Below the pieces are notes generated by a model. The model was not told the origin of the DNA, searched no databases, and worked only from the letters and a program-made list of their open reading frames with translations. A DNA stretch of 64,000 nucleotides from an uncultured delta proteobacterium (lineage in GTDB: Bacteria; Desulfobacterota; Binatia; Binatales; Binataceae), in contig CAWJET010000001.1 in NCBI GenBank assembly GCA_963842085.1, positions 2,144,001-2,208,000 on the forward strand, given 5' to 3'. Of this stretch, positions 30,783 through 40,580 are shown piece by piece; position 1 is the first letter of the stretch, and each line of letters starts with the position of its first letter. The translations under genes were made by a program, and so were the position numbers.

Positions 30783-31142
30783 TCAGGTCTTCTGCTCGCG
30801 CGCTTCCTGCGCGGATTTGCATGCGATGCAAAACGTGGTGACGGGCCGTGCTTTCAGCCGCTCGATCCCGATTTCGCCGCCGCATTCCTCGCATCGCCCG
30901 TACGAGCCGTCCTCGATTCGCGCGAATGCTTCGCTGATTTTGCTTAGCAGCTTGCGCTCGCGATCGCGCATCCGCAGCAGGAAATTGCGATCCGACTCGA
31001 GCGCGGCCCGATCGGTCGGGTCGGCGCAGGCCTCTTCCGACTCGTGGTTCATAGTGCCGACCGCGCGCTCCGATTCCTGGAGAATGTCGCGCTTGCGGCC
31101 TTCGAGCAGTTTTCGAAAGAGCTGAAGGTCCTTTTGCCTCAC
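30783..31142 (-). CDS. dksA: RNA polymerase-binding protein DksA
   Basis: DPTDRAALE coiled coil; CEEC...CIACK zinc finger. Confidence 0.93.
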   Translation of the reverse strand: MRQKDLQLFRKLLEGRKRDILQESERAVGTMNHESEEACADPTDRAALESDRNFLLRMRDRERKLLSKISEAFARIEDGSYGRCEECGGEIGIERLKARPVTTFCIACKSAQEAREQKT

Positions 31143-31212
31143 GGTTGAATTATCCGCTACGAACCGAGTTTTTGATTCTATAGACGCCCTGCTACCATGT
31201 AAAGATTGCGCG

Positions 31213-32412
31213 ATGAAAACGGCTTATCTCGACGCGTTCTCCGGGCTCAGCGGCGACATGATCGTCGGCGCAATCCTCGATTGCGGTGCGGACTTTGGCG
31301 AATTCGAGCGTGCGCTCAAGTCGATGCCGATCGCAGGCTATCGGTTGTCGACTCGCCGCAAGGTCTTGAGCGGCATCTCGGCGCTCAAGTTCGATGTCGC
31401 CGTGACGGAGCCGCAGCCGGAGCGTAGTTTCGGCGAGATTCGCGCGCTGATCGATGCGTCGCCGCTGGCCGCGACGGTCAGGCATCGCGCAATCTCGATC
31501 TTCGAGATGCTCGCGCAGGCCGAAGCGAAGATTCACAACTCGACGCCTGATCGCGTTCATTTCCACGAAATCGGCGCGGTCGATTCGATCGTCGATATTG
31601 TCGGTACAGCATGGGGACTCGAGCATCTCGGCGTGGGCGACGTAATCGTATCTCCGCTACCGATGGGCAACGGATTCGCGCGCTCGCAGCACGGAGTAAT
31701 TCCCGTGCCGGCGCCGGCGACGGTCGAGTTGCTGTCAGGATTTCCGCTCAAGCTCGGCGACGGTGCGCACGAGATGGTCACGCCGACCGGCGCGGCAGTG
31801 GTCCGCGCGCTTGCGCGTCCGGCCGCAATCCCGCTTGCGTTTGAAGTCGAGAAAATCGGCTACGGGGCGGGCGCGCGCGAGCTGGAAGATCGGCCCAACG
31901 TGTTGCGGCTGATGCTGGGGCACGAGCGCCCCGCGTTCGACAGCGACGAGATGCTCGAGCTCTCGGCCAATATCGACGACCTCAGTCCACAGATCTACGA
32001 CCACCTGATGCAGCGGTTGTTCGACGCCGGCGCGCGCGACGTGACGCTCACGCCCACGATGATGAAGAAAAGCCGCCCGGCGGTGACGCTGGGCGTGATC
32101 GCCGGGGCCGCGCATCGCGACGCGCTCGCGGAGATTATTTTTGCGGAGACTTCGACGATCGGTCTGAGGTTTCACCGAGTCGAGCGGCTGAAATTGCGTC
32201 GCGAGATTCACCAGGTCGAGACGCGATGGGGCAAAGTCCGCGTCAAGATAGCGGGCGCACACGGCCGAGAGCCGACGACGATTTCGCCGGAATACGATGA
32301 CTGCCGGCGAATCGCCGCGCAGCACAACGTGGCGCTGCGCGTCGTGATGGAGGAAGCGCGGGCCGCCGCACGAGCGCTCGCGTCTGCGCCTTCCCACGAA
32401 AGCAAAAAATGA
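31213..32412 (+). CDS. larC: Nickel pincer cofactor biosynthesis protein LarC
   Basis: SGLSGDM, VHFHEIGAVDSIVDIVG, PVPAPAT, TPTGAA, ETSTIGLR, PEYDDC. Confidence 0.92.
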   Translation: MKTAYLDAFSGLSGDMIVGAILDCGADFGEFERALKSMPIAGYRLSTRRKVLSGISALKFDVAVTEPQPERSFGEIRALIDASPLAATVRHRAISIFEMLAQAEAKIHNSTPDRVHFHEIGAVDSIVDIVGTAWGLEHLGVGDVIVSPLPMGNGFARSQHGVIPVPAPATVELLSGFPLKLGDGAHEMVTPTGAAVVRALARPAAIPLAFEVEKIGYGAGARELEDRPNVLRLMLGHERPAFDSDEMLELSANIDDLSPQIYDHLMQRLFDAGARDVTLTPTMMKKSRPAVTLGVIAGAAHRDALAEIIFAETSTIGLRFHRVERLKLRREIHQVETRWGKVRVKIAGAHGREPTTISPEYDDCRRIAAQHNVALRVVMEEARAAARALASAPSHESKK

Positions 32413-33062
32413 TTTCCGAACGCCTGCACATCAACGAAATCTTTTACAGCATCCAGGGCGAATCCACGCACGCGGGCCGTCCATGCGTGTTCGTGCGACT
32501 CACCGGATGCAACCTGCGATGCAAATGGTGCGACACCGAGTACGCATTCTACGAAGGCCGGCGGATGCCGATAGCCGAGGTCGCCGAAATAATCCGCGGC
32601 TACCGCTGCGACCTGGTCGAAGTGACCGGCGGCGAACCGCTGCTGCAGGAAGGCGTGTATCCGCTGGCGGACGCGATGCTCGAATCGGGTAAGACCGTGA
32701 TGATCGAAACGTCAGGATCGATTGACCTAAGCAAGCTCGACCCGCGCGTCATCAAGATCATGGACCTCAAATGTCCGGGCAGCGGCGAATGCGAACGAAA
32801 TCTCTGGAGCAACCTCGAGCATCTGACGAAGCGCGACGAGATCAAATTCGTAATCGCCGATCGTGCGGACTACGAATGGGCCCGCGACGCGATCGTTGCG
32901 CGCGCACTCGCCCGGCGCGCGGGTGCGTTACTGCTGAGTCCCGTGTTCGGACAGCTGGAGCCGGCGACGCTGGCGGCGTGGATGCTCGAGGATCGATTGC
33001 CGGCGCGGCTGCAACTGCAGATGCATAAGCAGATCTGGCCGGGTATTTCGCGCGGCGTGTGA
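32409..33062 (+). CDS. queE: 7-carboxy-7-deazaguanine synthase (radical SAM)
   Basis: EIFYSIQGE, CNLRCKWCDT, TGGEPLLQ, QMHKQIW. Confidence 0.9.
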   Translation: MISERLHINEIFYSIQGESTHAGRPCVFVRLTGCNLRCKWCDTEYAFYEGRRMPIAEVAEIIRGYRCDLVEVTGGEPLLQEGVYPLADAMLESGKTVMIETSGSIDLSKLDPRVIKIMDLKCPGSGECERNLWSNLEHLTKRDEIKFVIADRADYEWARDAIVARALARRAGALLLSPVFGQLEPATLAAWMLEDRLPARLQLQMHKQIWPGISRGV

Positions 33063-33105
33063 TTGCGCGCTGGCAGAGGCAGAATCCTGAATCGCGCGCG
33101 AAACA

Positions 33106-33234
33106 CCCTCACCCGCGCCTGCGGCGCGACCTCTCCCGCAACTAAGCGGGCGAGGCGGGTAATCAGTGGCGCTGAACGCGACACCCTAACTTGACCCTCA
33201 CCTGTCTCCTCTCCCTGGCGGGGAGAGGAGACAG
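33106..33234. repeat. Two REP-like palindromes between convergent genes
   Basis: CCCTCACC...CTCTCCC...GGG(C/A)GAGG at 33106-33155 and 33195-33234. Confidence 0.65.
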
Positions 33235-33243
33235 ACCTTCCGG

Positions 33244-34245
33244 TTAACGCGCCGGGGCCGCGGAATGCTGGCGCACGGGATCGCCCGACAGCAACTGCTG
33301 CGCTTTTCGCAGCGCCGCCTCCGTCTCGCGCAGCAAGTCGGCGAACACTTCCGCGGCCGGCTTGATCTCGTGGATCAGTCCCGCGCCCTGTCCGGTCGGC
33401 ATGAAGGTGCGATTGGGATCGACGTCGTGGCCGCCGCGTCCGGTGTAGTTCATCACCCCGTTGCGCTGCGAAGTCTGCGCCTGCAGCGGGAACGGCTGAA
33501 TTTTCGACGGGTCCTTCTCCCACTCGAGCGCATAATCGGTACGGATGACGCGACAGGTCTTGCCGGTGTACGCGCGCGTGCGCATGGTTGAATCCTCGTG
33601 CGCCTTCAAGATCGCCTGGCGATAGCCATCCGCCGCCTGGGCCTCGGGCGTCGCGATAAAGCGCGTGCCGATCACAACGCCCTGCGCGCCGACCGTCAGC
33701 GCCGCCGCGATCTGCCGTCCGTCCGCGATTCCGCCCGCGGCCAGCACCGGCAGCTTCACCGCGTCGATCATCTGCGGCACCAGCGAGAGCATCCCGATCT
33801 CGCCGGTATGCCCGCCCGCCTCGGTGCCCTGGGCGACGACCACGTCGGCGCCGGCATCCTGCGACTTGACGCCGTGATGCACCTTGCCGCACATAACTAC
33901 GATCTTCATTCCGTTGTCGTGCATCACCTTGACGAATTCCTGCGGTACCGAGAGTCCGGCGACGAACACTTTGACCTTTTCCGCGATCATCACGGGCACG
34001 TGCGGGCGCATCATGTCGGGAATCGGCGCGAGCATATCGACGGCGAACGGCTGGTCGGTCAGCTCGCGGGTCTTGCGGATTTCGGCGCGCAGATCGTCGG
34101 GGCTGAGCGACGCGGCGCCGATGACACCGAGGCCGCCCGCGTTGGACACCGCGGCGACGAGCTTGTGCATCGCGACCCCACCCATCCCGGCGAGCAGAAT
34201 CGGATACTTGATTCCAAAGTAATCGCAAATCGGCGTATGCAGCAT
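33244..34245 (-). CDS. Nitronate monooxygenase / FabK-like flavoprotein
   Basis: AAVSNAGGLG, QGTEAGGHTG, AAGGIADG, GTRF. Confidence 0.9.
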   Translation of the reverse strand: MLHTPICDYFGIKYPILLAGMGGVAMHKLVAAVSNAGGLGVIGAASLSPDDLRAEIRKTRELTDQPFAVDMLAPIPDMMRPHVPVMIAEKVKVFVAGLSVPQEFVKVMHDNGMKIVVMCGKVHHGVKSQDAGADVVVAQGTEAGGHTGEIGMLSLVPQMIDAVKLPVLAAGGIADGRQIAAALTVGAQGVVIGTRFIATPEAQAADGYRQAILKAHEDSTMRTRAYTGKTCRVIRTDYALEWEKDPSKIQPFPLQAQTSQRNGVMNYTGRGGHDVDPNRTFMPTGQGAGLIHEIKPAAEVFADLLRETEAALRKAQQLLSGDPVRQHSAAPAR

Positions 34246-34377
34246 CGAAAGGTTCTCCAGTGGTGAGCCGCCTGTGCGACTGGCTCCTCAGGACTTCTTT
34301 AGTCCGGCTGGTGCGGCGCGATCAAGCGCGTCGTCTGTGGCTCCGCATTCCCACGTGATGCATAATCGCGTTCGCGC

Positions 34378-34469
34378 GGAGAGGTGGCCGAGCCCGGTTT
34401 AAGGCGCACGCCTGGAACGCGTGTAGACTCGAAAGGGTCTCGGGGGTTCGAATCCCCCCCTCTCCGCCA
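34378..34469 (+). tRNA. tRNA-Ser(GGA)
   Basis: GGAGAGGTGGCCGAG...CACGC-CTGGAAC-GCGTG, long variable arm, GGTTCGAATCC, CCA. Confidence 0.97.
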
Positions 34470-34701
34470 CACAGTCTGGCATGTTTCCCTACAATCTAGA
34501 GATGACGGCAAATCCGCGCGTGTCGTGGTGCTTTTTGTGTCCGATGCGAACTGGAGAAGGCAATCTCCCGGCAGATTGGCCGAATTCCTCGGTGATTGTC
34601 TCCAGGCGCAGAAAAGTCGGTTCGCTTCACGGTTCCCGAGCTTGGGCGGCCCGGCGTGAATCACGGGCATGGCCTCCATCAACCTTGGCAGAACGCGTAC
34701 G

Positions 34702-34905
34702 TCAAGGAGTGAGCGAAGCCAGGTCGTTGAGCGAGCCCAGCACTCGGCGGTTCGCGGTCGCGCCGATCGTAAACGACTCCATCTCTCGCACTTCCCGACC
34801 CACCATATCCGGCCCTGCTCCGATGCCTTGCAGCACCGACCGAGCGGCATCTCGAAAACGCGGACTGAGGGAAGACGCGCCTCTGGCTTCAACAATCATG
34901 GACAA
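34702..34905 (-). pseudogene. DUF6933-like gene fragment
   Basis: TANRRVLGSLND motif; short and truncated. Confidence 0.45.
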
Positions 34906-34938
34906 CGGGATAATCGGCTCACCAAGCGGCCTGCCCTA

Positions 34939-35277
34939 TCAAAGATGGAAGAAGAGATTCAGACCCTCACTAGGTTCCGGGTAGTAGTAGCCCGGCTCCG
35001 GCGGATAGTAGGCGTAGGGCTCAGGCGCTACGTAGTAGTCGGGTCCGGGTGTGTAATAGTAGTTCGGCCCCCACCCCCAGTAATGGCCTCTCCAACCTCC
35101 GTGATATCCGCCGCCGTGATAAGCGCGGTGCCCACCGCCGCCGTGATGGCGGGCGGCCCACGCCGACCCAACAGGGAAAGTGCAAAGCAGGCCGCCGAAC
35201 GCGAGCGCCGTCGCGATCTTGCCGAATCTCGTGAACAGGGAGCGCGAGTCGTTACTATGTGTAGTCGAGGTTCTCAT
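34939..35277 (-). CDS. Secreted Gly/Tyr/Pro-rich small protein
   Basis: Signal peptide ending AWA; GGGYHGGW and YYxPxP repeats; GLNLFFHL end. Confidence 0.75.
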   Translation of the reverse strand: MRTSTTHSNDSRSLFTRFGKIATALAFGGLLCTFPVGSAWAARHHGGGGHRAYHGGGYHGGWRGHYWGWGPNYYYTPGPDYYVAPEPYAYYPPEPGYYYPEPSEGLNLFFHL

Positions 35278-35312
35278 GGTGACTCTCCATCGCCAGTGCG
35301 ACTCTAGGTTAA

Positions 35313-35840
35313 TTAGCTCTCTTTGCTAGCTACTTTTTTTGCCTCGGTGCGCGCGCGGCTGCGGAACATTGAGTCGGCAGTCTTTTTCTGGGCGTCCGAC
35401 ATGCTGTTGTAGAGATCCTCGAACGCCGGAATGAATTTCTTCACTCCATCTTCATGGGCCTGGATCACTTCCGAGTAGGACTTGACGACGGCAACTGCGT
35501 TCATCGACTTCGTGTCAGCGGCCCGTTGTTTTTGCAGGTCCACCATCGCCCGCGCATTATCGCGCATCACCTGGGCAAGGTTGTCCCATTGAGTCTTCTG
35601 GGCATCGGTGATGTGGAGCCTTCGGTGCAGTTCCTTGATACGTGCCTCGACCGGAGAGTTTGCGGGTGATTCGGGCGCGGTCGCCGCCATCGCTTGTTGC
35701 GAAGAGGCCGCAGGTGACTTGGCCACGGCCGTCTGATCGCTGGAGGCTGCGAACAAAGGAGTAGCAAAAACGATAGCAGCTAGAAGAGTCGCCACTGCTG
35801 CGCTAGTTGCGCGCGCAGTTGGACGCGTGATCTGGATCAT
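35313..35840 (-). CDS. Spy/CpxP-family periplasmic chaperone
   Basis: Signal peptide; LHITDAQ and MSDAQKKTAD (LTxxQ-like); GGAGG before ATG 35840. Confidence 0.85.
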   Translation of the reverse strand: MIQITRPTARATSAAVATLLAAIVFATPLFAASSDQTAVAKSPAASSQQAMAATAPESPANSPVEARIKELHRRLHITDAQKTQWDNLAQVMRDNARAMVDLQKQRAADTKSMNAVAVVKSYSEVIQAHEDGVKKFIPAFEDLYNSMSDAQKKTADSMFRSRARTEAKKVASKES

Positions 35841-35870
35841 GATCGGTACCTCCATAAAATTCTAATGAAA

Positions 35871-35886
35871 TGCAATTTCGAGACCT
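35871..35886 (-). promoter_or_regulatory. Sigma54-like promoter upstream of the Spy-like gene
   Basis: AGGTCTCGAAATTGCA (GG-N10-GC). Confidence 0.45.
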
Positions 35887-36065
35887 AAGCCGGGTTTCCC
35901 TGATACTGACAAGAATTCCGACAGAATTCGCGCACATAAACGCCCTGGAGCACGCCCCTGAGTGTGAGAGATCCAGAATCCCAGCGAAAAAAACATTTTG
36001 GCCATGGCCGTCTTTCCTCTGCAGGGATTTTTAAGAGCATTTTTTTATGCCTGAACGAACCACAC

Positions 36066-36115
36066 GGATTTCGGGATGACCTGCGCCGCAGGACCTGTAA
36101 AATTTACAGCTTGCC
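36066..36115. promoter_or_regulatory. Conserved 50-bp element containing the palindrome CTGTAAAATTTACAG
   Basis: Aligns without gaps to 42549-42598. Confidence 0.6.
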
Positions 36116-36134
36116 GAAAAGTCCGCGATCTTTC

Positions 36135-36261
36135 CTAGCAGGTTGCGGAAAAAGGGTTTTTGACTCCTGATGACATTGATCCAAGACGCATTCTCGTGAT
36201 CGTAGTAATGCTTACTCTTCGCCGAAATCGTCTTTCATTGAGTTTTTCCGCAGCCTGCTAG
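36135..36261. mobile_element. MITE-like relic with CTAG flanks (IS5/IS1182-like ends)
   Basis: CTAG-CAGGTTGCGGAAAAA ... TTTTTCCGCAGCCTG-CTAG; no ORF. Confidence 0.7.
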
Positions 36262-36413
36262 AGCTGGGTTGAAAAGCCGGTGCCCGGCCCAGTCGTCGAC
36301 CAGAGTTAGACCGCGGCATCCGTCGAAAACTAACTTGAGGCAAAAACTTGCTCGATCCGGGTTGACGAGTAAACATGGTCACTTTGCCTCCTCAGCGCAA
36401 TATCCCGGAGCTG

Positions 36414-36845
36414 CTATCGCCAGGTCAGCTTATTCTTGACACCGATCACACCTTGAGTGTTGTATGCGATCAATGCAGCCCGTCTGGCGGCATCTGCTGA
36501 CGCCACCACTCCACTCAACTCGACAGTGCCGTGGTCGCAATCAACCACGACCGGGTATCCATCTGAAATACCGTTCTTTGCCAGCGAATTCTTTACCTCG
36601 GTAATCAGCAAGACGTCGTTCGCGCGCTCGGCCGGAGAATTGTAGATGTGCTCGGCTGACGTTTGCACCTCGTCATGCTCAACCGTGAGCGAACGATCGG
36701 TTGTTGCCGCGTGACCGTTGGTCGGCACGCCGCGCGGAGGAGCGGAAATCTCCTGTTGCGCGTGTGCGTTCGCGACAAACAGCGAAACGCTAGCAACACC
36801 ACAAACGAAGATCGCACTGACCAATCTGATTCTGATGACGTTCAT
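36414..36845 (-). CDS. Secreted BON-domain protein, paralog of 15319-15717
   Basis: YNSPAERANDVLLITEVK...VDCDHG..LSGVV. Confidence 0.85.
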   Translation of the reverse strand: MNVIRIRLVSAIFVCGVASVSLFVANAHAQQEISAPPRGVPTNGHAATTDRSLTVEHDEVQTSAEHIYNSPAERANDVLLITEVKNSLAKNGISDGYPVVVDCDHGTVELSGVVASADAARRAALIAYNTQGVIGVKNKLTWR

Positions 36846-36909
36846 CGACTTATCGCCTGAGGCACGGAGAGACAGTAAAGATCTCTCCGTGCCCATGCTC
36901 AAATAGCAG

Positions 36910-37308
36910 TTAGTTGCTGTCCTGGTAAGTCTTCTTCTCATAGGTCGTGGTAGTCTGTTCCTGTGCAGGCGGCACGGGAACCATCGTCATCGGAGTCACA
37001 GTCGAAGACTGGCTGTGATACGCACTCGAGCTTTCCTCGGTTGTGTCGTTTCCCGTGTCGGTTGAGTTGGAGTTGCTCTTTTCCTCAGTGGTCGTGACCG
37101 TCGTCGGCGGCAACGCTACCATTGGAGCCGGCTGCTGTATGATAACCGGCGGCGACGAATGTACGATAATCGGCGGCGGCGAAGTCGGTACGTAGGTTGT
37201 CGTCGAAGAGATCTCTTTGACGGGTTGAGTCGACGAACCGCATCCACTGACAAAAGGCATTACCGCCAGAGTCAGCAGCGAAATTGCCATCATTGTTGCA
37301 TTCTTCAT
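36910..37308 (-). CDS. Ser/Thr/Pro-rich lipoprotein
   Basis: Lipobox VSGC; shares KE.SSTTYVP and SSS..HS.S with 15742-16032. Confidence 0.75.
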   Translation of the reverse strand: MKNATMMAISLLTLAVMPFVSGCGSSTQPVKEISSTTTYVPTSPPPIIVHSSPPVIIQQPAPMVALPPTTVTTTEEKSNSNSTDTGNDTTEESSSAYHSQSSTVTPMTMVPVPPAQEQTTTTYEKKTYQDSN

Positions 37309-37544
37309 TACGCGAAACCTCCTTGATTTGGGCGTTCAGAACCCGGCTTATACTCATCGGAAGATCCAGCTAGTTTCACTTCCACTCGGCCAGTTTCGGA
37401 TCTTCCCTTGAGCCACATTGCTACCGATACCATGTCAGCGTCGTCGCTCCATGGTGTATCTATCCAGCCTGCGCGTGTCATAATCGCCCAGCGATGGTGT
37501 AGCTGGTCCCGCCGGACGATTGCAGTTGTCGTTGAGAGTTCCAT
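37308..37544 (-). CDS. Hypothetical protein
   Basis: 78-aa ORF whose stop overlaps the next start (TAATG). Confidence 0.5.
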   Translation of the reverse strand: MELSTTTAIVRRDQLHHRWAIMTRAGWIDTPWSDDADMVSVAMWLKGRSETGRVEVKLAGSSDEYKPGSERPNQGGFA

Positions 37545-37579
37545 TATACGTGGCGTCCTTTCATGTCTCCTTTTAGTAG

Positions 37580-37873
37580 TTACTCAATCGAAATCCTCCA
37601 GGGTATTTCGTTGTTAGCAAATTGGAAGTCAGCGATGCTATCGGCGAGAAAGACTGCGTGTTCCGCTTCGGTCCATGAATCCGCGGTCCCGGGTATGGTT
37701 ATGACTCCGTGATAGGTATGCACTTTGATAACGCTTCGCCTGACCATCTGGGAGCTAGGCGCGGCAACTGGAGATTGACTGGATGCGGAATGATTCAGGC
37801 AAAACGCCGAACCGGCGATGAGCAAGCCGGCGAAAGCCATAGCCGATAAGGTCATCTTTATGCTGCGTTTCAT
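37580..37873 (-). CDS. Secreted protein with a degenerate BON domain
   Basis: GAGGAG SD; signal peptide; IKVHTYHGVITIPGT. Confidence 0.55.
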   Translation of the reverse strand: MKRSIKMTLSAMAFAGLLIAGSAFCLNHSASSQSPVAAPSSQMVRRSVIKVHTYHGVITIPGTADSWTEAEHAVFLADSIADFQFANNEIPWRISIE

Positions 37874-38170
37874 ACAGGAACTCCTCGATATACGTGGAGA
37901 AGCAGGAAGCGCGCCAATCCATCCAAGCGGCTTAGTCACGACTAAATCTCTATCATTGCAAGAAAAGTCCACCCGACAGTCTGCATTTCTTACCGAGTTC
38001 GAGAGGCCCGCAGGGTTTCAACGCGCGAAATAAGCGTCCGTGGATCGCAAACTGGCTATTGGAAAAGGAGGTTTTACAAATAGCCAGTTGCATCGCCGAA
38101 GCGCAGACGCCTGAATAGCATCTTCCTCATTCGCCTGGATCGAAAGTACGAAGGAGGTAATGTCTGCTTC

Positions 38171-38800
38171 TTACTCGCGATGTTCTGGCGGGCGCTCAGG
38201 CAAGCGCTGCCGTTGTAGTACATAAACGCGCGAGGCGCGAGCAGCGTGCGACAACTCAGCGGCGAACCACTCGCCGGTCTCGGCGAGCAGCGACGAATCA
38301 CATACGATGTGATCAAAATTGTCGTTGGATTCAAGGAGCTTCAATCCGTCGGCGGAGGATTCGGCCACGACTACCGCGCATCCGCTATGCTCGAGACATT
38401 CCTTGATCGCGCTGTTTTCGACCGACGAGTCGGTAATCAATAGTGCGGTCGGCGGCCCTGGCTCGGAACCCATCGCGGGATTATCCGTCCCCGGAGCATT
38501 AGACTTCCTTTTAGTGCGACCTGGCCGCATCGACGCGACCAATTCCTCCGCGCGCGCATATTCCTCCAAACGCTGAACGCGCTGAGACGCCTTCTCGACG
38601 AGTCCGGCCAAGCGAACCATTTCGGCCTCGTATGCCGACGCCGCGAGCTGATGGTGCAAGAGTGAGACGCGCAGGCCGATCGCGTTGAGCAAGTCGTTGA
38701 GCTCGCTGGCGGCGTTTTGTGCTACCTGGACAATGGGATGGGGTTTCCGCGATTGCGTCTTGCCAGAAACCGATACCGCGATTGCCGAGCGATCAACCAT
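38171..38800 (-). CDS. Degenerate HisKA-like helix fused to a receiver domain
   Basis: ASELNDLLNAI (H-box-like, no His); ALLITDS..GCAVVVAES..GLKLL..FDHIVCD. Confidence 0.65.
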   Translation of the reverse strand: MVDRSAIAVSVSGKTQSRKPHPIVQVAQNAASELNDLLNAIGLRVSLLHHQLAASAYEAEMVRLAGLVEKASQRVQRLEEYARAEELVASMRPGRTKRKSNAPGTDNPAMGSEPGPPTALLITDSSVENSAIKECLEHSGCAVVVAESSADGLKLLESNDNFDHIVCDSSLLAETGEWFAAELSHAARASRVYVLQRQRLPERPPEHRE

Positions 38801-38914
38801 TCAACCGGACCGCATCCTCTACTTTGCAACGCGGGCGAGCAAGGAGCCGCCGCCAGACTCGCGGCCTCGTCACGAGAAATGGCGACGACTCTGATATGCA
38901 AGCCCGTGTTTCAG

Positions 38915-39337
38915 TTAGTCGGTGCTCACTGAGCTAACCACCAGAATCTGGTTGTTCACACTCTTGACGCCGTTGGTTTGTTCCGCCAGCTGCGCGGCGT
39001 GTTCCGCCATCTGGGGTGAAGGCACATTGCCCTTCAGAGTGACGATCCCGGCCGTGGTGGTGACGTGTATTCCGGAGGAACCGACATTTTTGTCACGCGC
39101 CAGCGCGGTCTTCACCTCAGCGGTGATGGTCGTGTCTTTAACCGCACGCTCGGTTCCGTGATACGCGTCCTTCGCGGCCGCTGCCGTCTCGGAACCGGCC
39201 TGCTCGACCTCCTCACCAGCCTGATGCATCTGCTGGCTGGCGGGCGCATTGTTGTCCTGAGCGAAACAGGGAACCGACAAGACCATGCTGAATAGAATTG
39301 CCGGTACGATTAGTTTGAATGAGTATTCGGTTTTCAT
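38915..39337 (-). CDS. OsmY-like BON-domain protein
   Basis: DTTITAEVKTAL, IHVTTTAGIVTLKG, GVKSVNNQI. Confidence 0.9.
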   Translation of the reverse strand: MKTEYSFKLIVPAILFSMVLSVPCFAQDNNAPASQQMHQAGEEVEQAGSETAAAAKDAYHGTERAVKDTTITAEVKTALARDKNVGSSGIHVTTTAGIVTLKGNVPSPQMAEHAAQLAEQTNGVKSVNNQILVVSSVSTD

Positions 39338-39400
39338 AATCCTCTCCGTGTGCGGGATGCGAGTGCGTCAGCAGTTTGCCGCGCCTCTCGGCCGAGAAAT

Positions 39401-39592
39401 TTAGATGCCCTCTGACCTAAGCCACCCCTTGATCGCCTCGCGTTGATCGCCCGAACGTTCCTGAATCCTTCCGACCAGCATTTCCATGTTGCCGTGAGCC
39501 TGCATCAGATCGTCGTCGGTGATCTGTCCCCATTTTCGCTTGATTTTGCCGGCCAACTGTTTGAGCTTGCCCGTCATCTGATCGCGATTCAT
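39401..39592 (-). CDS. CsbD-family general stress protein
   Basis: MNRDQMTGKLKQLAGKIKRKWGQITDDD..LVGRIQER. Confidence 0.9.
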   Translation of the reverse strand: MNRDQMTGKLKQLAGKIKRKWGQITDDDLMQAHGNMEMLVGRIQERSGDQREAIKGWLRSEGI

Positions 39593-39824
39593 GCGGATTG
39601 CTCCTCTTTGGTTGATCTGGTCTCACGAACCGACGCCGTGACTCCCAATCAAGCGGAGCAAGTATAGGGCCACGTCCCTGAACCTTTGTCCTGCAAGGCT
39701 TTTCCATGAATCGCCGGGGGAAATTTCTTCACGATTCCGAACACTCGTGTAACTTCCTTGATCGCCGGAAAATTGGAGAACAAAGGCGAGGTTGAGACGG
39801 GAACGGCCGTCGTCCGCGGGCGCG

Positions 39825-40580
39825 CTAAGGTGTGGACGGAATAGCGGAGTCGGCGAGTTTGGGGAGCGGTTCGAGCAGGGTTGAGGCTTTGGTGGCGAGA
39901 CTCATCGCGGCGACGCTGTCGCGCTCGGTGAGAGCCTCCTTGGCTTCCTGCAACAGCCGCTGGGCGAGAATATCGCGTTGAGAATAGTCGCTGCTCAAAT
40001 TATTGCGGTCGACTCGTTTTTCGATTCTGTCGATGTCCTCGATCATTTTCGCCGCCTTGGCGGGATTGGCGTCGCCCGGCGCCCCGGATGCTTCCGACGC
40101 CGGCGGACTCAGCGTCGGTGTTCCCGCTTCAGGCGCGATGCTCGCGGCTGACGCCGCCGCTGCCGGAGTTGCGCGAGCGCCGGCTGGCGTTGCGCCCGGA
40201 TTGTTCTCCAGACTCACGTCGGGGTTCGCGCCGGAGGTCTTGACCTGGTTGGACGTATTGGGCGGCTGCTTCGACGTAGTCGCGGCTCGCCTGCCAGTTT
40301 TCCTGCTCTCGTGTTCCTTGTTGATTTCTTCCGCCTCCGGAGTTGCCGAAGGAGGCGCAACTGTCGGCGGAGTCGGAGTAGCGGTCGGCGTCGGAGATTG
40401 GGCAGGCGATGATCTGGTAAAGAAATTCGTGATTTGCGCCATGCTCGGCGTGCCGCCAGAGCATCCGGCCAGAAACATCAATAGGAACGAAAGTGCGACG
40501 AGGATCGGCAGAATGAGCGGCCGATTGATTCGCTCAGGCAGCGCTGGGAACCGCTGATTTGGCAGGCGCATTGGCTGCAA
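39825..40580 (-). CDS. Pro/Ala/Thr-rich lipoprotein with a helical C-terminus
   Basis: Lipobox LAGC; start uncertain. Confidence 0.7.
   Translation of the reverse strand: MQPMRLPNQRFPALPERINRPLILPILVALSFLLMFLAGCSGGTPSMAQITNFFTRSSPAQSPTPTATPTPPTVAPPSATPEAEEINKEHESRKTGRRAATTSKQPPNTSNQVKTSGANPDVSLENNPGATPAGARATPAAAASAASIAPEAGTPTLSPPASEASGAPGDANPAKAAKMIEDIDRIEKRVDRNNLSSDYSQRDILAQRLLQEAKEALTERDSVAAMSLATKASTLLEPLPKLADSAIPSTP

Noticed and set aside
39690-39710. Sigma54 promoter upstream of csbD (TGGAAAGCCTTGCA); similarly at 37956-37972
   Set aside because: GG-GC spacing is 8 and 9 nt respectively, not the required 10
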